A stretch of DNA of 64,000 nt, taken from a bacterium. Its GTDB lineage: Bacteria; UBA8248. The position numbers and the translations under genes are program-made. Under the pieces are notes generated by a model. That model was not told the origin of the DNA. It did no database searches and saw only the letters and a list, made by a program, of their open reading frames with translations. Location: assembly GCA_963692865.2 (NCBI GenBank), contig OY843592.1:480001-544000 (forward strand). The letters run 5' to 3'. This document shows, in pieces, positions 54,233 to 64,000 of this stretch (position 1 is its first letter; every line of letters starts with the position of its first letter).

Positions 54233-55195
54233 TCAGGACCGGAGCAACACCTTGATTATGCCCTGTTTGCGCGCTTTTTCAAACGCCTCCGGCGCGTTTC
54301 GCAGGGCGAAGCGGCCATGAATCATCGGGGACGTGCGGAGCGCGCCCGTCTCGAGCGCGCGAATCGCAGGCGGAAAAGGCCCGCAGCGCGAACCCATAAC
54401 GGTGATTTCATCCACCACGACGGAAGACAGGTTCAGGCGAGCCTCCGAAGCTACCGTGCTCTTGAGCACCAGCACGCCTCGTGGCCTCGTTTTCGAGACG
54501 GCGAGTGAGAACCCCTCCGCAGCGCCCGTGGCCTCGACCACGACCGGCCATCTCTCTCCCTCGGAGCACAGGGCCTCCGCAGGCTCGATCCAGGCGGGAA
54601 TCTCATCAGGAGCGAGCAGCGCCATTTTTTCCGGATGGCGGCCCAGCAGGCCCACCCTCGCCCCGGCGGCGCGCAGCACCTGAGCCTGCAAGAGGCCCAG
54701 CCGCCCGTCCCCGATCACCAGTACCTCCCGGTCCACGACCTCCGGGAATTGCTCGATCACTTCGAAACAGGCGGCCAGAGGCTCGCAGAAAACGGCCGCC
54801 TCGTCTTCTATTCCATCGGGAAGGGGGTGCAGATTCCGGCTCGGCAGACAGGCGTATTCCGCAAAGACGCCGGGACGATCCAGAATGCCGAGGACGCTTC
54901 TCCCGGGGCAATGCCGCTCCATGCCGCGCGCGCACCAGACGCAATTCCCGCAACCGCAGTTGATCTCGCCCACGACCCTGCGCCCGATGAGCGGATGCGC
55001 CTCCGGCCCCGCCACCTCGCCCACGAACTCATGGCCCAGCACGCCCCGGAAATTCATGTACCCGCGAATCAACTCCAAGTCGGTGGCGCAAATGCCCGCG
55101 AGCCGCACCCGAATGAGGGCTTCACCCCCGGAAGGCTCAGGGCGCGCCATTTCTTTCAACGAGGGGCCGTTCTCCTCCAGCACGTAGGCAAGCAA
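54233..55195 (-). CDS. Zn-dependent alcohol dehydrogenase (MDR family)
   Basis: GICATD, GHEFVG, CGCGNC..C......C, GDGRLG. Confidence 0.9.
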   Translation of the reverse strand: MLAYVLEENGPSLKEMARPEPSGGEALIRVRLAGICATDLELIRGYMNFRGVLGHEFVGEVAGPEAHPLIGRRVVGEINCGCGNCVWCARGMERHCPGRSVLGILDRPGVFAEYACLPSRNLHPLPDGIEDEAAVFCEPLAACFEVIEQFPEVVDREVLVIGDGRLGLLQAQVLRAAGARVGLLGRHPEKMALLAPDEIPAWIEPAEALCSEGERWPVVVEATGAAEGFSLAVSKTRPRGVLVLKSTVASEARLNLSSVVVDEITVMGSRCGPFPPAIRALETGALRTSPMIHGRFALRNAPEAFEKARKQGIIKVLLRS

Positions 55196-55272
55196 TGGGT
55201 GATCTCTTCCGCTTCAGATGGCTCGGGGCGGTTCGGTTTTCATCGCGGCCCGGAGCATGGGCGCTCGGCGGC

Positions 55273-56007
55273 TCACTTGCGCGACCTCAGGGCCTCCTTG
55301 ACGCGGCCGACTCCCAGATGTTCGGCGATTACGTCTTCTCGCGCAAGAAGCTCTTCGCTCGCGCCCTCGAAGGCGACGAAACCGCGGCTCAGCACGTAGA
55401 AATAATCTCCCACCTCCAGCGCGAGAGAGAGGTTCTGCTCCACGAGCAAAATGGAGAGGCCGTGCGTGCGGGTCTTCAGGATTCCGTCTCTGATGGAGCC
55501 GACGAGTCCGGGGGCGAGTCCCTCGGTCGGCTCATCGAGAAGAATCAACCGCGGCCGCGCCACCAGGGCGCGCGCGATCACGAGCATCTGCTGCTCGCCG
55601 CCGCTCAGGCTTCCCGCCAGTTGTCCGGCGCGCTCCTCGAGGACGGGAAAAAACGCCAACGCCTCGCGGACGCCGTTTGCGTCCGAGCGCGGGCTGGCCT
55701 GTGCGGCGACGCGAATGTTCTCCTCCACGCTCAAGGAACCGAAAGGCCGTCTGTCCTCGGGCACGTAGGCCACCCCCATGCGGGCGACACGGTGGGCCGC
55801 CATGGCGTCGATGCGCTGCTCCTCGAAGTGGATTTCGCCCGAGGTGGCCGGCGCAAGCCCCATGATGGCCTTGAGCGTCGTGCTCTTGCCCGCGCCGTTG
55901 CGCCCGATGAGGCAGACGATTTTACCGGCGTCCACCTCCAGGTTCACGCCGTGGAGTACGTGGGCGGTCCCGTAGTGAACGTGGAGCGAGGAGACCTTGA
56001 GCATCAA
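55273..56007 (-). CDS. Branched-chain amino acid-type ABC ATPase (LivF-like)
   Basis: GRNGAGKS, LSGGEQQM, LLDEPTEGLAP. Confidence 0.93.
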   Translation of the reverse strand: MMLKVSSLHVHYGTAHVLHGVNLEVDAGKIVCLIGRNGAGKSTTLKAIMGLAPATSGEIHFEEQRIDAMAAHRVARMGVAYVPEDRRPFGSLSVEENIRVAAQASPRSDANGVREALAFFPVLEERAGQLAGSLSGGEQQMLVIARALVARPRLILLDEPTEGLAPGLVGSIRDGILKTRTHGLSILLVEQNLSLALEVGDYFYVLSRGFVAFEGASEELLAREDVIAEHLGVGRVKEALRSRK

Positions 56008-56762
56008 TCTCCCTCCACTTCGACGGCGCCCAGATAGGCGTCCTGCACCTGGCGGTCCTTGCTGATCCGCTCGGGTGGCCCCTGGGCGATCACCCGGCCC
56101 TGCGTCATCACGGTGATCTTGTCCGAAATCGAAAGAACCACCTCCGTATCGTGCTCGACGAGGAGGACGCTCATGCGGTCCGCAATCCGGCGCACGAGGC
56201 GGGCGATGCGCTCGGTCTCCGTTCGGGACATGCCCGCCGTCGGCTCATCGAGCAGCAAGACCTCGGGGTTGAGCGCGAGCCCGATGGCCACTTCGAGCAC
56301 GCGCTTGTCCCCGTGGCCCAGTTCCTCGGGCCGCAAGTGGGCCTTCTCGATCAGCCCGACCACCTCCAGCGATTCCTCCGCGTCCTCACGGGCTTCCCGG
56401 CAGGCGCTCGCCTTTCGGAAGAAGTCGAAATTCAGCCCCTCGCGCGAGCGCGCCGCGAGCTCGACGTTTTCGCGCGCGCTCAACTCGCCGAAGACCTGGG
56501 TAATCTGGAACGTGCGGACGATACCCTCCTTCACCAGCTTGTGGGACGGCAGTTGGGTGACGTCGCTTCCGTTGAGCAGCACCTTGCCTGCGTCGGGACG
56601 GAGGAAGCCGGTGATGCAGTTGAACAGCGTCGTCTTGCCCGCGCCGTTCGGTCCGATGAGCGCATGCACCTGCCCGGTTTCGATGTCGAGAGACACGTCG
56701 TTCACGGCGTGCAGGGCTCCGAAGGACTTGTGGAGACCCTCCACTACGAACGCGCCGGCCAC
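56004..56762 (-). CDS. Branched-chain amino acid-type ABC ATPase (LivG-like)
   Basis: GPNGAGKTT, LLDEPTAGM, VEHD, AYLG. Confidence 0.93.
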   Translation of the reverse strand: MAGAFVVEGLHKSFGALHAVNDVSLDIETGQVHALIGPNGAGKTTLFNCITGFLRPDAGKVLLNGSDVTQLPSHKLVKEGIVRTFQITQVFGELSARENVELAARSREGLNFDFFRKASACREAREDAEESLEVVGLIEKAHLRPEELGHGDKRVLEVAIGLALNPEVLLLDEPTAGMSRTETERIARLVRRIADRMSVLLVEHDTEVVLSISDKITVMTQGRVIAQGPPERISKDRQVQDAYLGAVEVEGD

Positions 56763-57748
56763 AACCTTCTCCAGATTCTCTCGGCGACCCCCGCAATCCC
56801 CGAGGGCATGAACAAGACGGCGAGCACGAAGGCGAGCCCGAAGGAGAACTGCCACGCCCGGTACATCGTCGTCACCTGATCGCGTACGAAAATGAAGCCG
56901 ATTGAGCCGATAATCGGACCGAACAGCGTGCCGATGCCGCCCAGAATCGTGATGGCCAGTATGTTGCCCGACTCGATCCAGTAGAGCGTCATCGGGTTCG
57001 CGCCCGCCTTCAGGAATACGAAGAGCGTCCCCGCCACGCCGCCCGTCATCCACGAGAGGATGAGAATCACCAGCTTGTGGCGCCTCACGTCGATGCCGAT
57101 GGCCGCCGCCCTGTCCTCGTTCGCGCGAATCGCCAGGAGGGTCTTCCCGAAGGGAGACTCCACCAGCCTTCTCAGGAGGAGATAGCAGACGATGAGCGTG
57201 GCGGCGGTCAAGAGGTAGAACTCCTCGCCCGGCTCCACCTCCCGGCCGAAGAGCGTGGGCAGCGGAACGCCGATGAGGCCGTCCAGCCCGCCGGTGAACG
57301 AGCGCCACACCACGGATATCTGGAACAAGACCTGGCAGATACACAGGGTGAGTATGGCGAAGGCGATGCCCGAGAGGCGCGTTACGACGAGGCCGGTGAG
57401 AAACGCCACGCCTGCCGCGGCGATTACGGCCACGAGGGTCGAGAGAAAAAAGTCCGCGGACACGTTCATGGCGAAAATCCCCGCGGCGTAGGTCGCGAAG
57501 CCGAAACTCGCGGCGTGGCCGAACGAGACGAGGCCCGTGTAGCCCACCAGCAAATCGAGGCTCATCGCCCAGATGCCGAAGATCAGCGCCTCGGTGAGCA
57601 GGGTGATGAAAAAAGGACTCGCGTTCAGGAACGGAACCGCGAGGAGCAGGAGCGCGAAGCCCGCGAGCATCGCTTGCGCCGCGACCACCCTCGATCGGCT
57701 CATGGAGCCTTCTTGCGTCCCGTTTGCCGCATCAGGCGATTCGGCCAC
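56744..57748 (-). CDS. ABC permease (LivM-like)
   Basis: GYTGLVSFGHA, TGG.DG, SPFG..L.AIR.NE, LGG.GT..GP. Confidence 0.92.
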   Translation of the reverse strand: MAESPDAANGTQEGSMSRSRVVAAQAMLAGFALLLLAVPFLNASPFFITLLTEALIFGIWAMSLDLLVGYTGLVSFGHAASFGFATYAAGIFAMNVSADFFLSTLVAVIAAAGVAFLTGLVVTRLSGIAFAILTLCICQVLFQISVVWRSFTGGLDGLIGVPLPTLFGREVEPGEEFYLLTAATLIVCYLLLRRLVESPFGKTLLAIRANEDRAAAIGIDVRRHKLVILILSWMTGGVAGTLFVFLKAGANPMTLYWIESGNILAITILGGIGTLFGPIIGSIGFIFVRDQVTTMYRAWQFSFGLAFVLAVLFMPSGIAGVAERIWRRLWPARS

Positions 57749-58598
57749 GTCCGAAGACTCCTCTGGGCCGCAGAACCATGATCGCGGCCACGACCAGGAA
57801 AAGCACCGCGATGGCCCACTCCGCGATGTAGCCCCCGCCGATGGATTTCGCCAGCGCCACGATGAACGCCCCGACGGCCGTGCCGGGCAGATGGCCGAGA
57901 CCGCCCAGGATCACCGCCAGGAACGAGTCGATGATGATGCCCATCCCCATTTCCGGCTCGACGGAGAAAATGGGAGCGCCCAGCGCGCCCGCGAACGCCG
58001 CGAACCCGGCGGCGCCGCCGAAAATGCTCGTGAGCAGCCACCGCGTGTTGATGCCGAGCGCCTCGGCCATCTCGCCGTCATCCGTGATGGCGCGAATCTG
58101 GAGGCCCACCGGCGTGAACTGGATGAAGGCGAAGACCAGCCCCGTCACCACCAGCGATAGCGCCGACGCAAAGAGCCTGTAGACGGGGAACTGGTTGCCG
58201 AGGATGTCCACCGTGCCCTGGAAGATGACGGGCGGCTTGATGAGGGTGGTCTCGGTGCCCCATAGATACTCTATCGCGCCCGTGATCATGAACGAGAGTC
58301 CGAAGGTCACGAGCAGGGTGTAGATTTCATCCCGGTTGCGAATGGGGGCAATCGTGAGCCATTCCATCGCGATGGCCAGGGGCACGACCACGAGGGGGGC
58401 GAACACCATCGCCCACCACCCCATCGAGGGCAGGATGATGATGAAGAAATATCCCCCCAGAGCGTAGAGCACGCCGTGGGCGAAATTGACGACCCGGCCC
58501 AAGCCGAACACCAGGCTCAGGCCGAGACTCGTCAACGCGAGGAACGAGCCGTAGATAATCCCGTTCAGTGAATTGACGAACAAGAAATTCCAGTCCAT
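57732..58598 (-). CDS. ABC permease (LivH-like)
   Basis: GLSLVFG...VVNFAHG, A..LGIN, ILGGLG...G. Confidence 0.92.
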   Translation of the reverse strand: MDWNFLFVNSLNGIIYGSFLALTSLGLSLVFGLGRVVNFAHGVLYALGGYFFIIILPSMGWWAMVFAPLVVVPLAIAMEWLTIAPIRNRDEIYTLLVTFGLSFMITGAIEYLWGTETTLIKPPVIFQGTVDILGNQFPVYRLFASALSLVVTGLVFAFIQFTPVGLQIRAITDDGEMAEALGINTRWLLTSIFGGAAGFAAFAGALGAPIFSVEPEMGMGIIIDSFLAVILGGLGHLPGTAVGAFIVALAKSIGGGYIAEWAIAVLFLVVAAIMVLRPRGVFGRGRIA

Positions 58599-58606
58599 CC
58601 CAACCG

Positions 58607-59863
58607 CTATTTCTTCAAATTACAGCCGAGCTTCTTCGCCGGCTCGAGCGTCTTGGACGCAGGAAGCGCCGTAACCGACTGCGCGTACATGGCGCCGTAC
58701 TTGGGCTTCTTGAGCTTCTCGATCCTCCCGAGAATCAACGCAACCTCCGCCATGCGGCCGTCCTTCTGGAATCGCATTCTTCCCGCGGGAGCCTCCACGT
58801 CGAGTTTCTCGAGCGCCGCGACGATGGCCTTGCCGTCCGTAGAACCCGCCTTCTCGATGGCGTTGAACAGAAGCTGGGCCGCCGTGCCCGCCTGGATGGC
58901 CTGCATCCCCGCTACGCGGCCGTGCATCTTGTAGTAGAGCTCGTTGAATTTTTTAGTCGTGGGTATCGTGTCCTCGAGACGCCACGCGCTCCACGCGCCC
59001 GCCGAGACGATGTGGGTCGACAATTCCCCCAGCTTGGCGATGAGCCAGTCCGGCAGTCCGATGGGCGCCACCAGGGTCGCCTGTTTCGTGAGGCCGAACT
59101 CGTTGGCCTGCTGGATGAACTGCACGAGCGGCGTGCCCAGCGTTACGGGGATGACCACCGCCGTCGCGCCCGATGCGCGGACCTTGGCGATGAACGGCGC
59201 CCAGTCCGTTGTATCCAGCGGCGCATAGGCTTCGCCGACGTAATTCACGCCCTTGACGATCTTGACAGAGCGCGCCACCCGGCGGCTCCAGGGGTAATCG
59301 TGGCCCATGGTGAACCACTTCGCGGTCTTGAACTTCGGGTTGTCTTTGATGAGCGAGTCCATCGCCACGACGGCCATCTGGGGTGTGGGGTTCGTCTGGA
59401 ACACCCAGTAGTTGCACTTCTCGCCCGTGATGACGGCCGAGCCGCTGTTCGATGTGATGATGGGTACGCGGAGGCGGTTCGCCACGGGCAGCAACGCCAA
59501 CGCTTCCAATGTGCTCGTTCCCAGAATCGCCGTTACTTGGTTCTTCTGGACGAGCTTGGTCGCCTTGGTGACCGCCACCTGCGCGTTCACCAGGCTGTCT
59601 TCCAGGATCAACTCGATGGAACGGCCCATGACGGGTCCGTGCATCTTCACGGCCGTCTGGATGCCCGTGGTGATTTCATCCCCGATGGGCTTGAGTTTTC
59701 CGCTCAGAAAAGACAGCACCCCGATTTTGATGGGGTCTTTCTTCGCGGCGAATGCGGGGGAGCCGAAGGCGGCAACGAGCGCGAAAGACAGCGCCGCAGC
59801 CATCACCGCCGGACGAGAAACGCTGAGCCATCTCTTTTGGGAATACGCCGATCTCGTTGCCAT
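58607..59863 (-). CDS. ABC substrate-binding protein (Liv/Peripla_BP_6 type)
   Basis: Signal peptide, PIKIGVL..LSG, GR.IEL..ED, DYPW, TTDW. Confidence 0.88.
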   Translation of the reverse strand: MATRSAYSQKRWLSVSRPAVMAAALSFALVAAFGSPAFAAKKDPIKIGVLSFLSGKLKPIGDEITTGIQTAVKMHGPVMGRSIELILEDSLVNAQVAVTKATKLVQKNQVTAILGTSTLEALALLPVANRLRVPIITSNSGSAVITGEKCNYWVFQTNPTPQMAVVAMDSLIKDNPKFKTAKWFTMGHDYPWSRRVARSVKIVKGVNYVGEAYAPLDTTDWAPFIAKVRASGATAVVIPVTLGTPLVQFIQQANEFGLTKQATLVAPIGLPDWLIAKLGELSTHIVSAGAWSAWRLEDTIPTTKKFNELYYKMHGRVAGMQAIQAGTAAQLLFNAIEKAGSTDGKAIVAALEKLDVEAPAGRMRFQKDGRMAEVALILGRIEKLKKPKYGAMYAQSVTALPASKTLEPAKKLGCNLKK

Positions 59864-60237
59864 TACCTGTTCCTCCCTGTCTTCCGATTCCGTGGACTCA
59901 GAGTGCGGACGCAGGGTCTTGCCCGTTTCCGCACGTACAAGAGAAGAAAGATTGAACCCTTCCCCCGGAATAGCTCCGGTGCGGTTCACGCAAGCAGTAT
60001 GGCGAGATGTATATTCGCAATATACAGGAAGGCCTTCATCCGCACAACAAGCGAAAACGCGCCCTGGCGCACCCCGATAGAGGATGCGTAGGGGCGCGCC
60101 GCAATCGGGCGGATGTGGTATGAATCGAGGGCTGTTTTGGCGTACCCTTCATGCGCCGACAAAACGCGCCCGCAGAAAACGGACATGACGCCTGCAAGGC
60201 TTTAGGCTGCGGCGCTTTTTCTTTGGAGAGATTCGGC

Positions 60238-61086
60238 TTGCTTCCCAGGTTCATCCTGCTCGCGCTGTTCGCATCGTTCCTGATCGGCGTGGCGGACTAC
60301 GTGTACGGACGCGCGGTCAGAAACAAGATACTGCCGGGCACGATTACGGCCTCGCAGTCGAGCATCGTCGTTCCCGTCACATGGCTCTGGGCGTATTACG
60401 AGGGCAGCTACGCCTGGACGCCCCCCGCTTTCCTGGGTATCGGCGCCGCTTTTTTTACATTCATCGGCTTTTGGAGCTTCATGAGAAGCGTGGAGCTCGG
60501 AGAGGCGAGCGCCAGCACGCCCATCTACCGGATGAGTTTCGTCGTCACCGCCATGCTCGCGGTCTGGTTTCTGAGTGAATCCATCACGCTCTCAAAAATC
60601 TTAGGGCTCGTTCTCACCGGCTGCGCCATTTTCCTGTTCTCCGATTTTCACCGGGGGAGTTTCTCTGCCGACAAGCTCGCCTCCGTCCTGTGGGCCGTCG
60701 CAGCGATGGTGGCCGTCGGCCTCGTAAACTTCATCTACAAGCTCGGCGTCTCCGGCGGCGTGTCGCCGATCATGTTTTTGCACAGCCAGGCGGTTTTCTT
60801 TATCACCACCGCGTACATCTACTCGTTCGCCGTGCAGGGGGGACCGCAGTTTTCGAAAAAAGGCTGGGCGCACGGACTCGCGACCGCCATCTGCTTCATA
60901 TTCGGGAACACCTCGCTGCTGGCCGCATTCAGAGATGGTGAGGCCACCATCATCTCACCTATCGTGCAATTGAGTTTCATCACGACCACGATCCTGGCCA
61001 CCTGGCGGCTGTCCGAGAAAATGACCTTGAGAAAATTACTGGGGCTGGCCGCCGCGGTGGGAACCATCGTCGCCTTCACGCAGTAA
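60238..61086 (+). CDS. EamA/DMT family transporter
   Basis: About 10 TM helices in two repeats (GEAS..TPI, L.E.IT..K..G). Start uncertain. Confidence 0.85.
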   Translation: MLPRFILLALFASFLIGVADYVYGRAVRNKILPGTITASQSSIVVPVTWLWAYYEGSYAWTPPAFLGIGAAFFTFIGFWSFMRSVELGEASASTPIYRMSFVVTAMLAVWFLSESITLSKILGLVLTGCAIFLFSDFHRGSFSADKLASVLWAVAAMVAVGLVNFIYKLGVSGGVSPIMFLHSQAVFFITTAYIYSFAVQGGPQFSKKGWAHGLATAICFIFGNTSLLAAFRDGEATIISPIVQLSFITTTILATWRLSEKMTLRKLLGLAAAVGTIVAFTQ

Positions 61087-61149
61087 CGAGAAGAACCGAA
61101 GAAGCCGCCCTCCCGGCGGGGGAGAGGGAAGCGCCGCGCGCGCTCGATG

Positions 61150-62739
61150 CTAGGGGGATGTTGCGGACGATACCGCCCCGGCGCTTCGCATCCCGCGCTG
61201 CGCGAGGAGCGCCGCCCGGCGAAGCGTCTCCACGTCCGCGCTCTGGGCGTCCTTCAAGACGGCGAGCGCCAGTTCGAGGACGGGGTCTTCTTTCTTCTCC
61301 TGCGTCTTTTCCTCTTTCTTGTAGAGCGAAGTCTTCATCTCCTTTCTTCGCTCGCTGATCTCTTTTTTGGTGAGCGCCCGAGGACCCGCCTCTACGTCGG
61401 GCTGTATGCCCTTCTCGTGGATCAGGCGGCCCAGCGGCGTGTAGTACTTCGCCGTCGTGAGTCTGACCGCCGCCTTGCCATCGGTGGGGATGATGGCCTG
61501 AACGGAGCCTTTGCCGAAGCTCGTTCTGCCGATGATCAGGGCGCGATCCAGATCCTGCAGGGCGCCGGCCACGATCTCGGACGCGCTCGCGCTTCCCTTG
61601 TTGATCAGTACGACCAGGGGCTTACCCACCCAGACGCCGGCGCCGCGAGAGCGGAAATACACCGTCTCCTTGCGCCTCCGCCCCCGGGTGAAGACGACCA
61701 TGCTCCCATCGGGCAGAAAACGTTCGGAGACCTGGACGGACTGGCGGAGAAAACCGCCCGGGTTGTCGCGAAGGTCCAGCACGATCCCGCGCACCTTCTT
61801 GCGGATCAAATCGTTGAGTCCTACGTCCAGTTCCCGCGTCGTGCGGCCATGAAAGGCCGTGACCCGCAGATACCCGATCCCGCCCTCTTTCACCTCCGTC
61901 TTCACGCTGCGGATGCTGATGATGGCGCGGCGCAGCGTCACCTTGCGGGGCTCGGGCCAAGCGGCGCGCGAGATCAGCAAATCGACCGTCTTGCCCGCGG
62001 GGCCGCGCATGCGGCGCACCACCTCGAACAGCGGCATGTCCGCCGTGGCCGCGCCGTCGATCTCCAGAATCACGTCCTCGGACTTGAGGCCCGCGCGATA
62101 GGCGGGCGTGTCGTCGATGGGCGATATGACGGTGAGTTTCTTCTCCCGCACCGTGATGATGACGCCCACCCCGCCGTAGCGGCCCGTGTGCTCCACCTGC
62201 ATTTGCCTGTAGGACTCGGGCGATACGAACGTGCTGAAAGGGTCCAGGGAACGCAGCATGGAAGAAAGCGCGGCGTACATGACGCGCAGGCCCTCTTTTT
62301 CCTTCTTCTCCTTCTTCGCCGAATCCCCGATGTTCTCCATCGCGAACCGGTAGGCGCGCTCGAACCCGCCCAGCCCGCCGTCGGCGCCTCCACCGAGGCG
62401 AACGAGCAGTTCCTTCTCCCCCGACTTGAGGAGAACCTCGTCCCCTCCTTTCTCCTCGAAATCGAAGCTTCCCTCGCCCGCGCCTTTCTTGAGGCCTTCC
62501 AGGCCCGCGACGTACATTTTCCTGAAATCGGGCGTGCGCGCATAATTATCGTCTACGATCTGCACGGCCTGGTACAAAAGGGCGATGGCGTCTTCCTGAT
62601 CGCGCGAAAGCGAAAAGACGAGGCTCGCGGAGAGCACCGCAGCCAAAAGGACGAGGCATATCGCAAGATGCTTCGCGCGCCCGACGCCGCCTGCGCGGGT
62701 GCGGAAAAGGTGAGAAAAGCGGTTGCGTCTCATCGACAT
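61150..62739 (-). CDS. ctpA: C-terminal processing peptidase S41A
   Basis: LDPFS, PDZ GVG, DLRDNPGG, SASASEIVAG, SFGKGSVQ. Confidence 0.92.
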   Translation of the reverse strand: MSMRRNRFSHLFRTRAGGVGRAKHLAICLVLLAAVLSASLVFSLSRDQEDAIALLYQAVQIVDDNYARTPDFRKMYVAGLEGLKKGAGEGSFDFEEKGGDEVLLKSGEKELLVRLGGGADGGLGGFERAYRFAMENIGDSAKKEKKEKEGLRVMYAALSSMLRSLDPFSTFVSPESYRQMQVEHTGRYGGVGVIITVREKKLTVISPIDDTPAYRAGLKSEDVILEIDGAATADMPLFEVVRRMRGPAGKTVDLLISRAAWPEPRKVTLRRAIISIRSVKTEVKEGGIGYLRVTAFHGRTTRELDVGLNDLIRKKVRGIVLDLRDNPGGFLRQSVQVSERFLPDGSMVVFTRGRRRKETVYFRSRGAGVWVGKPLVVLINKGSASASEIVAGALQDLDRALIIGRTSFGKGSVQAIIPTDGKAAVRLTTAKYYTPLGRLIHEKGIQPDVEAGPRALTKKEISERRKEMKTSLYKKEEKTQEKKEDPVLELALAVLKDAQSADVETLRRAALLAQRGMRSAGAVSSATSP

Positions 62740-62861
62740 GGGTCGTCCCAACGGCTAGGGTTCACCGGATGGCTTCGCATGGGACATCATACCACAGCCC
62801 GGCGGAATGCGCCGCCCCGGCGCATTTTAGAGAGAGACCGGTTCCGAAGGAGGAATCCGTG

Positions 62862-63542
62862 ATGATCTCCATCGTCGTGCCCGTACTGAACGAAGCGCCC
62901 AGGCTGTCCGCCATGTTCGACATGCTCGACGCCCAGCCGGGAGAGAAGCAGATCATCCTCGCCGACGGGGGAAGCGAGGACGACACGCGCGCCGCGGCGG
63001 AAGGGCGCGCCATGATCGTCGAGTCCGAACCCGGCCGCGCGCGCCAGATGAACGCGGGCGCGGCCCATGCGACGGGCGAGACGATCCTGTTTCTTCACTG
63101 CGACACGAGACTTCCGCCGGGGGCCGTAAGGGATATCGAGGACGTCATGGGCGCGGGCGACGTGGCGGGCGGCGGCTTTCTCCACAGTTTTGATCGCCAG
63201 GATCGCTTCAGCCGCTTCATCAGCTTCAGCGCCAACACGCGCGCGAAAATCGCGAAACTCTTCTTCGGCGATCAGTGCATCTTCATCCGGCGCGAGGCCT
63301 TCGAGCGTATGGGCGGCTACGCCGACATGCCCCTGTTCGAGGACTGGGATTTGAGCCGAAGGATGCGCGCGCTCGGGCGCGTGGCCGTCATCGAGACGCC
63401 CGTCGTCACCAGCGGGCGGCGCATCGACGTATGGGGCAAGCCCAAATGCCTCCTCATCTGGTGGGGGCTGAGCATCCTCTACGCGCTGGGCGTATCCGCC
63501 GAGCGCCTCGCCCGGTATTACGCGCATGTGCGCGACGCTTGA
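62862..63542 (+). CDS. GT2 glycosyltransferase (TIGR04283-like)
   Basis: ISIVVPVLNE, DGGSED, GRARQMNAGA, FLHCDT, FGDQ, ED, TSGRR. Confidence 0.88.
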   Translation: MISIVVPVLNEAPRLSAMFDMLDAQPGEKQIILADGGSEDDTRAAAEGRAMIVESEPGRARQMNAGAAHATGETILFLHCDTRLPPGAVRDIEDVMGAGDVAGGGFLHSFDRQDRFSRFISFSANTRAKIAKLFFGDQCIFIRREAFERMGGYADMPLFEDWDLSRRMRALGRVAVIETPVVTSGRRIDVWGKPKCLLIWWGLSILYALGVSAERLARYYAHVRDA

Positions 63543-63685
63543 TGCGCGCATTTTCAGCGAAACTCCTTGCGCCCCACCGCCCAGGAAGTGATATATTGCG
63601 CCTGAATTCATCACCCATTCGCAGATAGCGGTTCAAAAGCCTCATCCGCGCGGGTCATGGCGCGGCTGACGGCGGGAGGCGAGGA

Positions 63686-64000
63686 ATGCGATTCGCGGTC
63701 GATACGGGCGGGACGTTCACCGATCTGGTGCTGGAAGACAACCGGGGCCGCCTCCACATGTTCAAGGCCCCCACGACGCCCCGGGACCCGGTGGAGGGCA
63801 TTCTCGCGGCAATCGAGTCGGCAGCCGTTGCCCTCTCGACGAACACCGAGGATCTCCTCGCCCAGGGCGAGCTCTTCATCCACGGCACCACCCACGCCAC
63901 CAACGCCATCGTGACGGGAGGCACCGCCAGGACCGCCTTCCTCACCACGAAAGGCCACCCCGACATCCTCGTGCTGCGCGAGGGCGGGCGCATGGAGCCG
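63686..64000 (+). CDS. Hydantoinase/oxoprolinase alpha subunit, truncated by the window edge
   Basis: GAGG RBS then MRFAVDTGGTFTDL...HGTTHATNA; absent from the ORF track. Confidence 0.88.
   Translation, partial: MRFAVDTGGTFTDLVLEDNRGRLHMFKAPTTPRDPVEGILAAIESAAVALSTNTEDLLAQGELFIHGTTHATNAIVTGGTARTAFLTTKGHPDILVLREGGRMEP

Overview
GC-rich, diderm bacterial chromosomal window (it encodes a TonB-dependent receptor and lipoproteins). It holds one complete minus-strand rRNA operon (16S, tRNA-Ile, tRNA-Ala, 23S, 5S), tRNA-Ser(CGA), housekeeping genes (tadA, hflKC, rbsK, amtB, gpmI, ctpA-like) and many catabolic or transport genes for small N-containing organics. Three solitary defence-type inserts are present: Mrr, a Panacea/DUF4065 antitoxin with a frameshifted partner, and a GIY-YIG nuclease. 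The main hidden signal is four genes that the ORF track splits at in-frame TGA codons located exactly in redox-motif Cys positions, each followed by a hairpin, i.e. predicted selenoproteins. They are a tandem pair of peroxiredoxin-like proteins (one U-P-Y-C, one with a double-Sec U-P-Y-U motif), an AhpD-like C-N-Y-U protein coupled to a motif-less paralog, and a UGSC protein in an operon with its partner and a class III CoA-transferase. Also notable are four NrdR-box-like sites plus a sigma70 promoter that appear to drive a structured non-coding transcript rather than an nrd gene, and a family of MITE-like elements carrying REP cargo. All calls come from manual motif reading; no database searches were run.
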